This document shows, one piece after another, positions 34,263 to 48,606 of a DNA stretch of 64,000 nt. The notes beneath the pieces are model-generated. The model saw nothing but the letters and a program-made list of their open reading frames with translations. It was not told the DNA's origin and ran no database searches. The DNA is from Tricharina praecox (Eukaryota): contig NW_026250404.1 of the NCBI RefSeq assembly GCF_024521635.1, positions 1,798,001-1,862,000 of the forward strand, given 5' to 3'. Each line of letters opens with the position of its first letter. Within the stretch, counting starts at the first letter, position 1. A program made the position numbers and the translations under genes.

Positions 34263-37200
34263 ATGTATTCCCAGACCGGGGGAGGAGGATTCCTCAACCC
34301 CAATGCTACTCAACAACAGCAACAGCAGCAGCAGCAATATGGCCAACAACCTCAGAGTGGCTTTCCCGGCCAAATGAACTCTATGCAGCCCCAGCCCACC
34401 GGGTTCATGGGATACCAGCAAACGGGCTTCCCCGGACAACAGCCACAGCAGCAGCCAATGCAATCGCAGTTCACTGGTTTCCCCGGTGCGCAAGCACCGC
34501 AGCAACAGCAACCGCAGCTCCAACAGCAGTTCACAGGCTTCCCGGGCCAGCAGCAGCAGCAACCCTTGCAGCAACAATACACTGGGTTTCCTGCTACGAC
34601 TATTGGCGGGTTCGGCGGTCAGAGCTTACCGCCTATACCGCAGATACCGCAGCAGTTCCAGCAACCACAGCAACAGCAAGCCCAGCCCACCCCGCAGCCG
34701 CCTGCTCAGACCCCGCAGATCAATACCGGTCCAGTGAAGATACCCAATGTCCGACTATCGTTCGTCACGTCGCAAGACCAGTCGCGATTTGAGCAGTTGT
34801 TCAAGGTGGCGGTCGGAACTGATCAAGCTTTGTCTGGTATGATTTGTCGTGGGAATAACTTTAGCTGTAATCATTACTTATATAATCGCTAGGCGATCGC
34901 GCGAGAACCATCTTGATGAAATCAGGTCTTCCTGCGACTGATCTCCACGCAATATGGTCCGTTCTCTACGTCGCTGTTCTGTTGGAGTGGACTCGTATTG
35001 ACGACTAGCAATAGGCAACTGTCGGATACCACTAAATCGGGCGCACTCCTGTTCCCCGAATTCGTACTCGCTATGTATCTGTGCAATGTCAGGAAACAGG
35101 GAAAGACACTCCCAGCGACGCTACCAGAAGTCATTAGGAACGAAGTATCCGGCATGGTCGATATAATCTCGTTCGGCGTTCCGGACTCTGCCCCACCAGC
35201 ACCGCCAAAGACCAATGTACCGAGCTTTGATACCACCCCTTCGCGAACCGCTGCATCTACACCCACCCAGAGCAACACCTCTCTCCTCGGGGGTCTGGCG
35301 CCTCAGCCAACCGGGTATAACATGGGGGGAATGCAGCCTCAACCCACAGGCTTCCAGGGCATGCAGTCGCAACCCACTGGCTTTCCCGGTGGTAACTTCC
35401 AGAGTGTTGTATCACAGCCGACTGGCTTTCAAGGTGGAATGATGCCTCAGCCGGCAGGCTACGGGCAGATGGGTGGAGCTGGGAATATTCCCTCGATGCC
35501 GCCAATGCCGACAGGAATGTCTTCGATGTCGTCCTTGTCGGCTGGGTCTAGCTTTCTGCAATCGCAGCCTACTGGTATGCCTGGACAGTGGGGATACATC
35601 AACACGCCGTCCACTGGTCTTCCGGGTCTTGAGGCTTTGCAGCAACAAATGATGCCCCAGCCTGGGAGAGAAGGCGGTTTTAATATGCAAGGGTTGACCG
35701 GAAATGCCGCCATTCCGTGGGCTGTCACCAAGGTCGAAAAGCAAATGTACGACAAGATTTTTGATGGCTGGGATGGTATGCGTAAGGGTTTTATTGGGGG
35801 TGATGTAGCTATCGAAGTTTTCGGACAGAGTGGGTTGCCAAAGGAGGACCTCATGAGGGTTTGGACACTGGCGGATCCTGGAAACAAGGGAAAGCTTGAT
35901 AAGGATGAATTCGCGGTGGCTATGCATCTGGTAGGCGGTTTTCTTCATTCGGTCTGCCATTCAGAATCGTCTCTAACCTTCGGAACAGATTTACAGGAAG
36001 CTCAACGGCCACGATGTTCCATCTCGCCTGCCGCCGGAGCTGATTCCCCCTTCTACCAAGAAGTTCAATGAATCCGTCAACACTGTGAAAGGTTTCCTGG
36101 CATCCAGCCGTAAACACTCAGCGCTTCAGCCACAGGCGACTGGCGTTAGCTTCATGAAGAGTCGCTCATTCCATGGCGATGGAAACACGGGGCTACGTAA
36201 GGACGGAACCGTATACAAGTTCAACGATGAAGGTTCAGGCTATAGATCCAGCGCTCGTCATCGCGCCCGTGGAGCGTCTCCGTCACCGGGAGGTTCTGCT
36301 TCGCCTTCACCCGGTCCGGAAGACATCTCGCTTGAGCAGCTCCGTAAGAAAGTTAGGGAGAAGAGAATCTTGCTGGATGCAATTGACATTAAGGATGAAG
36401 CCCGTGCAGAGGATGAGGATGTATTGGATCGCAGGGACCGCAGGGACGCGGATGACCTTTACCGCCGCATTCGACGTGTCCAAGAGGATATCGACAGCCA
36501 TGCGAATGCTGGGTTGCGCAGCACCGATTCGGACGCTGAACGTCGCCAGATGAAGAGACAACTGCAGAACCTCACTGACAGACTCCCGGATATTGCCTCA
36601 AAGGTTAGAAACACCGAGAGGCGTATTGCGGAAGCCAAGCTAGAGCTCTTCCGGCTGAGGGATGCTAGAGAACACCCTGAATCGGCTTCTTCGATTGTTG
36701 GCACCGGCCCCGGTGGCTCTATCACAGAGTCTGATCGCCTCAAAGCCAAGTCTCGTGCTATGATGCAGCAGCGGCTGGCTGCCCTGACTGGCAAGCCTGT
36801 TGACCCAGTTGGAAACGATGATGGCGGCGAGGCGGCGGCCAAGCGGCTGGCCGACGAGTCCCAGAGAATCAATTCCGAAAAGGCTAATAATGAGAGGATG
36901 ACCCGCGATGTCGAGGAGAGCGTCAATGAATTCCAGAAGTCTCTAGAAGACAGCTTGAATGATGTGGGTGGCGGACATAGGGATGGTGCCTCCGAACATG
37001 AAAAGAGACGATGGGAGGATGGTCTGGGCGTTGAAGACGAGGTCAAGGATTTCATCTTTGAGCTACAACGCCAGAGCCGTTCCGCAGCTCTCAAACGTGA
37101 GGATGACCGCGATCCGCGTCGCCGCAGCGATCGTACAGAACTCGACCGGCGTCCAGCTTCCACCAAGCCCCAAGGGGACCGTGTCGTTTCTCCTCCTCCC

Positions 37201-38820
37201 CGAGCAGCCACTGCGGCACCGACCCAAACCGGACCGAGCAGCTATGGATCTTTCAACTCGGCAGAGGACCGTGCCGCGCATGTCAAAGCGCAGGCCCAAG
37301 CGAAGATGGCGGAACGACTTGCTGCCCTTGGCATCAAGCATCCCATGACCATGAATCTTGGAGAGACGGCGCAGCAGCGAGCTGAGCGCGAGCAGAGGGA
37401 GAAGGAAGAGCGTATTCGTAAGGCTGATGAGGAGGAGGCGCAGAGGGAGCGGGCACGTCAAAGCCGACTTCAAGAACATATGCCTACACCACCTCCAGCG
37501 GCGCCAATCAAGAAGCCAGCGCCTAAGGCCCCCCCTCCACCCCCCCAGCGTGGGAACAATGATTCACGGGCCAAGGCTGAGGCGGATAAGAAGAGGGCGG
37601 AAGAGGAGGAGCAGCTGAGACGTGAGCAGGAGGAGAACTCTGCCGAAATCCATGAGCTCGAGTGAGTCCAATCGGTGAACCCCATCACACAAGTAAAGCT
37701 AATGGTCAATAGAATGCAAGCTAGCAATGAAGAAGAGGAGCTTGCACGCGAGGAGGCTGCTTCTCAGGCCCGTATCAAAGTTATCGAGGAAGAGATGAGG
37801 CAGGGCAAGCTTCGCAAGAAGGAGGAGGCTGCGAAGAAGAAGGCCGCCGTCCAGGCTCAGAAGGAGAAGGAGGCTCAGTTGGCGGAGAGGCGTGCAAAGA
37901 TTGAAGCTGCTAGACGGGAGGAGGAGCGGCTGATGGAATTGAAGAGGCAACTCGAGGAAGAGGACTCTTCTTCGGACGATGAAGGACCAGAGGCCGTTGG
38001 CGGACAGGCAACTCCCACTCAGGAGTCAATGGGTGCTGTCGAAAACGTATCCTCGCCACGTTCCCCTTCACCGCCGCCAGTCTCAGGTATGCCGGGCATG
38101 CCAGGTGCTATGCCGCAGAGCCCGCCAGCTGAGGTCCCCATGGCATCGCAGCCTCCTCCTGCTCCACCGCTACCTCCCACATCTGCACCCACTGCCGCCC
38201 CTCAAGAGAGCAAGAACCCCTTCTTCAAGAAGGACTTCGGCCAGCCTATGGGCCTTGCCGGCAGTGAAACTCCCGGTGGTCCATCCGGCAGCAACAACCC
38301 CTTCTTCAACCTTGCTAAGGACCAAGCCCCTGCTGAGCAGAAATCTCCCGCCGCTGCCGCCCTTCCAAACGTGCACATCTTCGACCCAAAGAAGCGCGAT
38401 GACGACGACTGGAGTGTCGTGGACGATGACGATGACTCGGGCAGCGACGACGACGATGAAATGCCTAGCCGTATGAACACCGCCCAACTCGCCGCCTCTC
38501 TATTCGCAACTATGGCTCCTCCTAGGCCCCTTTCAAGCATGGATAGGGAAGCACAACCTTCCCCGCCACCGGCTCCTCCCATGCCAACCGGCGGTGCCCC
38601 CCCAGCTCCCCCAGCTCCCCCGCCACCCCCTCCCATGCCAGGAATGGGCGGACCACCGCCACCTCCTCCACCGCCACCTCCTCCTATGTCAGCTCTGCCC
38701 TCAGGTCCTCCACCCGGTGGTCCCCCTTCATTCTTGGGACAGATCGGCCAAGGCATCAAACTCAAGAAGACGCAGACAAAGGACAAGAGCCAGCCGGCCA
38801 CTGCTGGTAAGGTCTTGTAA
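34263..38820 (+). CDS. PAN1: Actin cytoskeleton-regulatory/endocytic scaffold Pan1 (two EH domains, coiled coil, proline-rich region, WH2), 5 exons
   Basis: QPTGF repeats. EH1 ([20 protein letters not shown]) and EH2 ([23 protein letters not shown]). C-terminal [16 protein letters not shown]. Introns at 34837-34892, 34957-35014, 35931-35988 and 37662-37712. Confidence 0.95.
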
Positions 38821-39348
38821 GGAAGATTTGTCTTGCCTTTCTATAATTCATTGATTTCCGTTTTTTTTTTCTTGCCCTGAATATGGGGTGTACATGCTGT
38901 GCTCCTGCCGTTTCCTTTTTTTGATCCTTTCCTTTGTGCTGTTTTATTCGTTTGTTCAGAAACTAAAATGCTTTTCGTGTCTACCTACTCTAATCGAAAT
39001 CGTGTGCGGAAATGATCGTACTTGTATGGATATATCATTAATAGACGTTGATGAAGGGGTTAAAACCATTGATGTGCCTGAACATGAGACCTTGACTATG
39101 AGGGAGGACGAGTGATGATCTGAGTATACAGCTGGACGCGTCAACGGTCTTCACGATTTCACAGCACAGTATATCCCCCATCCCACAACTACATCAGCCC
39201 ATCCAGAGCATCCACGACCATAACCCATCCACGGCACAGAATCCAACGCTACAGCAGTTCTATTATCATTGTTTGCAGAACCAGAGCCGTCACCTCATCC
39301 GAGCAAAAAAAACCCCCCCCAAACACAGCCGAACAGATTGCAAATCAT

Positions 39349-41272
39349 TTACAAGTCATCGAACTCGCCGCCCACATCATCGTCATCCATCTCGCCCTCC
39401 TGGATCTCCTTGGCAAGCTCCCGCTCCCGCTCGCGAGCCTCCTGGGCATTCTTCAGTTCTAGACGATGTTGATTCATCGGGAAACGCATAGCCTAGTCAT
39501 GTTAGCTTGGAAAGGTGAGATTGGGAGATGCGGGTGAGAATACTTTGACACTGTCGTTATGCAAGCTCATGCAGAAAGTGATTCTCGAGTGAAACACTTC
39601 CTGAGGCTCCTGTGTGGCGTAGACATCCAAAATCTCCTTACTCTGCATGAAGCCCTTCTCGTGATCCAGGGTAGCCTCAATGACGCCGTCACGGATAGCC
39701 TTGGCAACAATGTACTCGGCGCTCTCCTCGCTCTCGAGGCCGAGGCGGATACAGATGTCGCGGAGCGAGATCCGTGAGTACGTCAAGCTCATCATGCGGA
39801 TTCCAGTCTTGATCACGTTCTGGCGGAGACGGAGCACAAGGGTGTAGGTGCCGTCCCGGCGGAAGGTATCAGCGTGCGTGTTGAGGGTCTCAAAGAAGGC
39901 GTCGAGCTCTCCAACACGCACGGCACGTACAAGGAGGAAGTAGGCATAAAGTGCCTTCTGGAGATGGGGATCGCGGAAGGTAGCGCGGTCGGGGATATCG
40001 CCCATTAGCAGCTCCACGATGATGTTGAGCTTGTTCGCCGCCTGCAGGAAACCGATCGCAGCGGGCGATTGGGGAGCCTTGCGGATGGCACTGACCAGTT
40101 GCTCGTGCGCTCCCGAGTAGTCTAGCTGGATGGCCTTGATCTTACCCAGATAGTAGTTGTATCTAGCGATCAGGTTGTTGGCAGCGTGGTCGGGGAACTT
40201 GGTCTTGTTAACGAGGTGGTCGGCTTGCGTGATGTCCGAGGTTGAGATGTAGTTGCGCAGAAGGAGGGTGATGAGGGTGGCCTGAAGCTCAATGTCTTTT
40301 CGGAGTGTTGCAGTTCTGAGAGACGCCAGAAGCTGGGCGCGGATTGCAACGACCGCCGGCGGAGGTAGAAGCTCGTGGAATCGGGCATAGTAGAAGTAGA
40401 CCTTGGACGCGAGCGAATCGAGTGTCCGACGGTTAAGACGGTGGACCTTCTCAACAAGTTCGGAGGAGAATGCAGCCCCCTCTTGGTACTTCTTCTGGTC
40501 CAAAAGGTAGATCTGGGTGAGGAGGTGGAGGTAGACGTCGATCTCGTGAAGCACATCTGGGCTGATCGTGTAGATCTCGATTTCGCGCTCCACTTCCATC
40601 ACTGATCCGGAATGTCCAAGTACACTGAGCAACTTGGAGCGGGACTTATTTTCGACGGGGTAGGCCTCATCGACAATCTTCGCGATGATCTCGGGGGTGA
40701 TCTTGCGGCGTAATGATGCTATCGAACGGAGGACCCTTAGGGTGTATCGGGCGTCAAAGAGGTTTACGGCACGTTCCAACAGGATGAAGTTCTGTTTGAT
40801 CTCTGTGGAAGTAGCAAAATGTGAGTAATCAGCATTCCATCACTATCAATTCATTGATGTTGGGGGGGGGGGGGGGGGGGGGGGGGCGAAGTTGGCGGTG
40901 GGCGTTGCAGTAGCTACCATTGTAGGTTGTGACGGCGGGGTCTTCCTTCTGCTCCTCAGCCTTTTCGTCATCCTTATCATCATTGCCGCTCTTAACGACA
41001 TCTCCCATCTCGATATCACCGCTGTCGTCCTTCTTGTCCTTCATCTGCGCGTCCTCTACCGGAGGTTCTGGCTTCTTATCGGCGGCCATCTTCTTGTCGG
41101 TTTTCTCAGGCGTGGGTTTCTTCGTGCTGGATCCGGAGCCGGTTCGTCGGGATGAAGTCCGGGTAGGCTTCGATGGATTGTTATCGTTATTGTTGTTTGA
41201 TGATGAAGAACCGCTGGCGTCCTTCTTGTTGTCTCCGGACTTGCCTGAACGGAGTGACTTCTTGTCAACCAT
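39349..41272 (-). CDS. RPN3: 26S proteasome lid subunit Rpn3 (PCI domain), 3 exons
   Basis: Introns at 40803-40917 and 39493-39543. Motifs NRRTLDSLASKVYFY, LRTATLRKD, RLRQNVIKTGIRMMSLTYSRISL, SAEYIVAKAIRDGVIEA and HNDSVKAMRFP. Confidence 0.96.
40862..40886. repeat. G25 homopolymer inside RPN3 intron 1
   Basis: 25 consecutive G on the + strand. Confidence 0.95.
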
Positions 41273-42494
41273 TTGGGACGGCAGTAGTGACGATTGATGA
41301 TGGCGGGATGAGCTATGTGATTCTTCCGGGTAACTAGCAGAGCGGCGGGGAAATCAGACAACAAAGACGAGGCACAACAAGCAGCTTTGCTGTGAGACGT
41401 TGGAAGGAGAGGGAAATAGAGATTTGAGGCTTTTGAAGGGGGTGATGGGGATATGTTCAGATGATGAAGGGAGAGCGAGGATGGATGGGAGAGCTGTCGA
41501 ACGAATTGGACAGACACCACCAGCTTCACCGTTAGCAGCAGCAGGCGGGTTGCTTAGGCACACAGCTTGCTTGTACCTTGCGGTCTGCGATATGCCCTGT
41601 CTCGGCGCAGGTTTCAGCATGTTGGTCAGCATCAGAGCCCCACCAAACACAGTTCGCGAGCACCACTTGCCAACCGCGAACAAAGTCAGGAAAAGGCCTG
41701 AGAGACGAGTCATCTTGAGTGAAGGAATGGACGAATAGTGACACCGAACCGTGGGACGAGGGAAATGAAATGGGTATCAGACACGAAGAAGGTGCACTGT
41801 CCGGCGGATATATAAGTTTTCGTTTGGATGGATGGATCCCAAAAAAGCCCGCAAAGATAATCATGGTCATCCTGACTCGTTGTGTACCAGGACTGTCGAC
41901 GTGATCCCACGCAGAGGTCATTTGATACGGGGGCCACCATCCTATGGAATGACAGATATTTCCATCGGATTTACCAGTCCACGCAGTTTACACTGCGGCT
42001 TGTTATACTCTATCAATATCGTCTATGGGGTCATATCGCCCGACACTTTGAGCCAAAGCGGGGCGTTAACGAAACGTCCGATCAACCGGGCAAAGATGCT
42101 GTGAAGAAAACGGGCAGATGTCCTGGGCGCGGAGCTGAATACCAGAGTGGATCCAGCAAGTTTATGCCAAAGTGAGAGAGAAAAACGGTGACTCAAGAAT
42201 CAAGATGTCTATCCGTAGCGGGGGTATTAAGCGTCACAGCCTGTCCTCGGCCTCGTTCAGCCTCTTTCTTCACACTCACTAGTATTGCCGCCAGCAGCCC
42301 GGCCAGAGTAAAAGCAGAGCCGCGTCGTCAGCCTTCTAGCTAAACCACAAACGCGTCCTCCCGCGATCGCTGACATCTGCTACCAACTCCACACCAACGC
42401 ACTGCCACGAACAAAACGTCCTCTCGATTTTCTTTCCTCCGCCGAATGCTCACAACCTCTCCATCGCCATCGTAAACCGCTTATACGTTGAGCA

Positions 42495-45400
42495 ATGGCT
42501 CCTGTTTCTATCGACAATGATTTTCTCGACGACGCATTAAAGAATAAGACATTACTCCCGTACATCACCACGACTTCTCATTCCGCATAAGGCTCGCAGC
42601 TAATGGCGCGCATCGAACAGGTCATGGCGCTCGATATTCACACGCATCACTTCACCCAACACGCCTTCCCCCACCAGTGTCGCCCAGGCCACGGCATTTC
42701 TGTGCTCCAAATACTCTCTGAATGCGCTCCAGAACTGCCACAATCCGTTCCCTCCTCCTTCCGCTGCATCCAAGCAAGAATTTGAGAGGCGTACAGCTCC
42801 GATAAACTTCACCGCCGCCGACCAGCCTGGAGGCGATGGCTGCGGGACGATACCGTCGACCCTCCCACTGATCGCCGAGCTGAAGACTGCAGCACTCGAT
42901 CTCAGCAAAACGTTAAACATTGACGAGATCTCTGCGCTACGCATCGTGGTACTGGAACACCATGGCCGCCCGGTGAAGGCTTTATTGGCTGCCGAGGCGG
43001 GTGCCGGCGGCGATGCAACAGACCTCGGCGCAAGCACCTTTGGCGCAAGCTTCTTGGAGAGCATATTCCGACCGAACAACGCCGATGATCGAAAACAGAA
43101 GGATGACAGAATCTTCTTCGATCGTGTGGAGATCTACCTTTGTGAGCGGCGATATGTTACAAAGGTTGCCGTGGCGCTGCTGAGGGCTGCGCTCGGTCGG
43201 GATAGCGTTTGGAACGACGCCGGTCAACAGCTCAGTTCCCAACTGGTGGCGACGGGATGGGTCGGATATGCGATAGGTATTGTGGAAGGAATTCGATCGA
43301 GATGGTTCGAGGCGGGGAGTGATGATACCGGTCGGCCAACCTGGGTTAAACAAAGGTTAGAGGAGCCTGAAGTTCGCGATCAGGTTGCATACACATGGGA
43401 GAAACAGGTAAGTTAGGCCGGTGCTGTCTCTGTATCCATCTTGCTTGTTGCTGATGCCCTGTAGACATTTTTGGAGATCATACATCTGCAACAGCTGCTC
43501 TTTCTGCTGTTGTACAAGCCGCCACCACAGCCTGTCAACGGCAAGTTGGCAACTGAATGGTTTCGACTGATGGAGAATGTCAGGTTCTTCGATAAGAGAG
43601 GCAGACCACGGGTACAATTTGTATGCTCTAACTTATCAAGCGGGATACTAATGTCCTGTGTAGGTGCTGTTTCCAACCCATGAGGAGATCAGCAATTTCT
43701 ATTCTTATACGGCTGGGCTAGCATCGATAGTCTCTGTAGCGATGCTTCAAATCCCAACCGCCTTGGCCATCATCGATGAAGAGTTCGCTGAACCTCTATC
43801 CCCAGGATCCTCTGCTACCCCTCCTGCTACGGCACCCCCTTCACTACAACCTACGGCACCAAGTGAAGCCTTTTACATTAAGGATCCATCAGCGATCAGA
43901 GCGATTACAAACTCCATGCAAGCATGTGCTGGTCGTACCTACACAAGTAGTCTTGCCGTGATGGGATGGGCGTTTCTTTTGGGCCACATCAATGAGCTCA
44001 GTAGGAATGTGCCTCATTGGGATGACGCCGACGGACTTGCCATACGTGGAACCCCAGCCGTTGAGATGTGGGGCCAACATCTGCCAGGGCTTTTCCCTAC
44101 GACGGTGGAAGTGGGTCTCGCAAACTTGGTCGGGCACCCGGTGGTACAAATGCCAGCTTCCATTGTAGGTCTGCTTGACCCTACTGAAGCCAAGCCAGAA
44201 GTATCAGGATTTCACCTGGACGGCGAAGAGGATGGCTTGAGGATGAAGAATGTAGTTGCAGACCTTGTGCGCCAGACGCAGAAGCTCTTCGAGTTTACGG
44301 GCACCCTTATCGTCGCAACATTTTTGCCGCACAATGTCGAATACAACAAGCTTTCAGCTTACGAGAAGTTCCTGAACGACGAGCCCAAACTTTTGGAGGA
44401 ACCGCCAAACCGGATCGATTGGACTGGAGGTTCGGTGGAGAAATTCTGGCAGCACGAAGGCGCGGCAGCACTTCTTGCTCGGGCAAAGAACCGGTTTCCC
44501 CATGAGCCTCTACCGTTCCTACGTCTCATCCGAGGTTTAACAACTCAGGATGCAACCCTAATCGGGTATCTCGCTCGTGTGCCGACCTATACGGAAGCCC
44601 TTCCGCATGGGTTCAAGGATTTTGAGGATTTGGAAACGCCAGAAGATGACGACACTCGCTACATTCAGTTAGAACAAGACCTGGAATTGTTCCCGACACG
44701 GGATGGAGGCATGTTTGAGTTCGACGACCAGGAAGACTCATTGGCTGTGCTGGGCGGTATCGTCATCCCACAGGGCACGCAGGGTATTGTGATCTCTAGC
44801 GGCGGTACCAAACAAGTGGTAGCCTGGCGACACGAGTACAATGCTCTTGCACTATTTGGCCGTATCTTGGAATGTGCAGCTTCCAGCCAAGCTGGCGAAG
44901 TAGCGTTGGTTCAGACCGAGATTGTAACAGAGATTGTGTCGCTGTTCACAATGTTGATCGCTTCCTCCAAGGAATCTGCAGCGGCGCTGGCACGAGAGCC
45001 AGAAATTCATGAGGCTCCTCAAGTTCTGATGGAAGCTAGTGAGATGTTGGAGAGGACTAAGGATGTCATCTCGGTTGTCTTTGACCTTCTGGACTCGGCG
45101 CTGAATCGTTACACCACTGAGAGTCCTTTCTTCGTTATCGGGGTGGAGTTTGTCAACTCGCTCGTGCATCTGGCACCAGGGCGTGTGTGGGCCTACCTCG
45201 CCAGGAGTGTACTGTTGGAAAGACACGGACGCGGTGGCGCGTTCGCTGGTTATCTTTCGGCAGTGGAGGTTACCCAGGGGAGCTACGACTTCACGTTGTC
45301 TTGCCTGACACTCTACGAAACCCTTGTTGAGGAGGCTATTCGAAGCAGCGCCACTAACAAAGGATGGAGTAAGCCTCTTGGTTCCTCATCTAAAGCTATC

Positions 45401-48219
45401 ATGCATGGTCCTACTGGCACGGGCGCCAATGACACCGTCCTACGAGAAATACTCCTTGGGTTTACGCGAATTGTTGTGGATATATTCGAGAGCTATCGGT
45501 CATTCAAGTATACTAAGGACGTTGCCCAGAAGCTCCATATTGGAACATTGATCGCTAGAGTCTTCACCAAGATTCTGTACTACGTTTACGGTGTGGACGA
45601 GTTCTCGGATGTGGATCACAAGGTCACGAGCGTATTGGTACCCAGCGCAGAATATCTTGTTTCTGTGTTTTTGAGCACTGCGACGAGCGATCTACCAATC
45701 GAACCAATCTTGGGAGCTATCTCAGATGGCGTCCAAACCCCGGAAAGCAGCTTGTACATACAGACCTTGGGAACTTGGGTGGACCAGGTAGTAAATGTGG
45801 TCAAGTTTGCGGACATGTTGGCGAGAGTCCGCCTTTATCTTGGGTCAGTATCATCTACACCAGTATTACGTAGATCAATATACTAACTTGTTTACTAGAC
45901 ACGACCCTTCACACCTGGAGAAGCAGTTGTACGCGGCATCTGCCTCTATTGCCAAGCTATATGCAGCAGACGAGAGGTACAGAAGACATGTTCTGGAGCT
46001 GTTCGAAAGCTTGGTAAAGTCTTCCGGATCCTTCGCCGAAGAGCCTCCTTCGTTACTGGGACACCTGGGCGTAGATTGTGCGAATCATTTCGTCGCCCTT
46101 TTGTCGGATCTTGACCGGCCATACCAGGACGAGGGCATCGAGACTCGCATCTGGAACTTCATCTCCGCAGTAGTAAGCAACAAACAACAGGGTATGACGA
46201 TACTTCTTCTTCAAGGCAAAGCCCTCCGGCAAGGCAAGAGCGCTGGTCAGGCCGTGGCTGGGAAGAAGAAGTCGATGCTGGCGATATGCTTTGATGCCTT
46301 GGACGAGATTGAGCGTCTTCCCGTCGAAAAGACTCTGGCGATGTTGGAGATGGTCTCAACGGCACAGAATTTCTGGAATTTGGCCATGGATGATATCGGA
46401 AAGCACCCAAGGCTGTTGTCGGGTTTGACCAAGCATGTCGAAAACTTCACGATTGAGTTCCTGCCTGCAGATTCTAAGGAACTCATCACCGAGAAGTCAT
46501 GCAAGTTAGCTGTTGCGGCGCATATTGCTCGGATACTCGCGTTGTACCTTCACACAAGGAGGCCGTCGCAGCGGGACGAAGTATTCTTCAAGCAACTTCT
46601 TCCCCGGCTGAACTTTTATTTCGAGAAGGCCGTGAAGATTAGTGGATACAGACCGAGTCTCCACGCACACCTTCAGAAGAACTTAGAAGAAAAGTGGCCA
46701 GGAGTCAAGCTTGCACAGCTCAAAAAGACTAGGCTGAGAAGGACGATATACGGGGTGGACGCAGTCTACGACATGGTATTGGGCGACAAGGTTCTCGGAT
46801 TCGATCCTGGCTGGGCTGGGCGTCCGGACGGGTACCGATGTGAGGTCGAGCGGGCGAATCTCAACCTGTCACTGGTGCAGACACAAGTTGTGAGTTTTTG
46901 TCTTTGCATCCCCGGACGAACTAGTACTAACGATCTCATCACAGGATCTGCTTTCAGCCTGGGAACTGCTCGCGGTTGAGCTCTGTGACTTTGTCGATAA
47001 CAGTAAAGAGCTTACCGATTCCCTGGTGAGTGTGGTCGAAACTTGCCTCCAAGAAAACGTGGAGACAGGACTTCCGGCTCCCATCTTCACACAGATTCTC
47101 GCCCGCCGGGCGGAGTTTGCTTTCGTCGTTGTCCGCAAACTGCATCAGGCGCTGCCGGACTCGGATCTTTTCACGCGCGTCTTCACGGTTGCCCTGAAGG
47201 CTATCCACAACAGCACGACACAGTTCCGACAAGCTCTTGTCACCGCCGACATGGACTACTACCGCTCGCTACTGCGAATAATCTACATCTCCCTCAATGC
47301 TGCCGTCAAGCAAGAAAAACACTCGCAAGAATTTGGCATCCTCGTCGTCGACCTTCTCGACATTGTAGTCGCAAAGGGCTTCAAAGACCTTGCTCAAGCT
47401 GCCCACCAACACCCTGACCGAGCGAATCCCCAGGACATTGCCCTGGTAACCGGTATCCTACAGGCAGCCCTGCGGATAAAAGACTCTAGTGAGATCCACT
47501 ACGGCCTTGCCAACCACTTGCACGAGAACCAGACGATTCGGGCTGCTACCACCCTCTTTTCATGGGCTGAGCAACTCGCTACAAACGAAGAGGATCCGGT
47601 CTACGGTGAACTTTCGGTCCTTTTCCTCCTTGAGCTCTCGTCAGTTCCGGTAATTGCCGAGCAACTCGCCCTTGAAAACATCTTGGAGCTTCTAACATCT
47701 ACCACCCTTGCCGCACGCATTAGAGAGGGCGTCACACCCCTCTCTCACCCGCGCCTCCATGCAATCTGGTACCGCGGACTACTTCCTCTCGCCCTTAACC
47801 TCCTCGCCAACATCGGAATCCGCTACGGCCGCGAGATAATCGCATTCCTGAAGTATTTCAGTCCGCAGATTCGCGTGGCGATGGTAGACGCATGGAAGAG
47901 CAAGCAGTCCACAGTCGTCGTCTTGCCTGCCGTGAACGAGTGCATTGGCATCGCGATGATCCTCGCCATCGTCCAGAAACTCGGTGGGAAACAAGAGCTT
48001 ACCTCGGGAGTCAATCTCGATACTTCGACTATCGTCGAGGGTGTGGATTACTTCTTGACCCACAGGAATTACTTGAAGAGTCTCGTCACCGCAACGAGTG
48101 TGGAGGAGGATGAGGTGCTGAGGGCTGGTGACGGCGATGAGGAGGGTGGACTGGTGGAGAAGGTGGTTAATGGGCTTGTTACACTTCAGGGGTTATTGGC
48201 GGATGATGTTGAGGATTAG
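42495..48219 (+). CDS. NUP188: Nucleoporin Nup188/Nup184 (large alpha-solenoid), 6 exons
   Basis: Introns at 42560-42620, 43408-43464, 43612-43663, 45844-45898 and 46890-46944 give one frame of about 1800 aa. Motifs PFPPPSAASKQEFERRTAPIN, LNIDEISALRIVVLE, RFPHEPLPFL, EPPSLLGHLG, ANLNLSLV, DPVYGELSVLFLLELS and RLHAIWYRGLLP. Confidence 0.88.
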
Positions 48220-48606
48220 TGAAGTGGTGGTGGTAATTGGGAGTTGTTTCTTTCTGTTTTTGTTTTGGGTGGTGGTGGGGATGTGGGGATGAAGATGCTA
48301 TGCTATGCAGAAAACGGGGATATCGTTTTATGTTATGGTGCTGGTGATTGGGTGCGTGTGGTGGAGATTTGTGTGGATTTGTGTATATATGACACGACTG
48401 ATGCCCCATTCAACGATGGTCCCTCTTCTTCGTGCCATCTTCGAAAGAAAATGTAGTAACCACCCTTTTGATCTTACAAACCGTATCTCATATCACAAAC
48501 TAGTAGAGCAGGAAGTATTCATTCGCCATCTAACTCCATCCCAGAAACAATCAAATCAAATTCGTAGTACAACGCGGGTAACAGCGAGGAGGAAATCACA
48601 TTTGAT

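Noticed and set aside
39213..39260. ACGACCATAACCC resembling the 5' end of fungal 5S rRNA
   Set aside because: Similarity stops after about 13 nt, with no internal 5S boxes or pairing 3' end.
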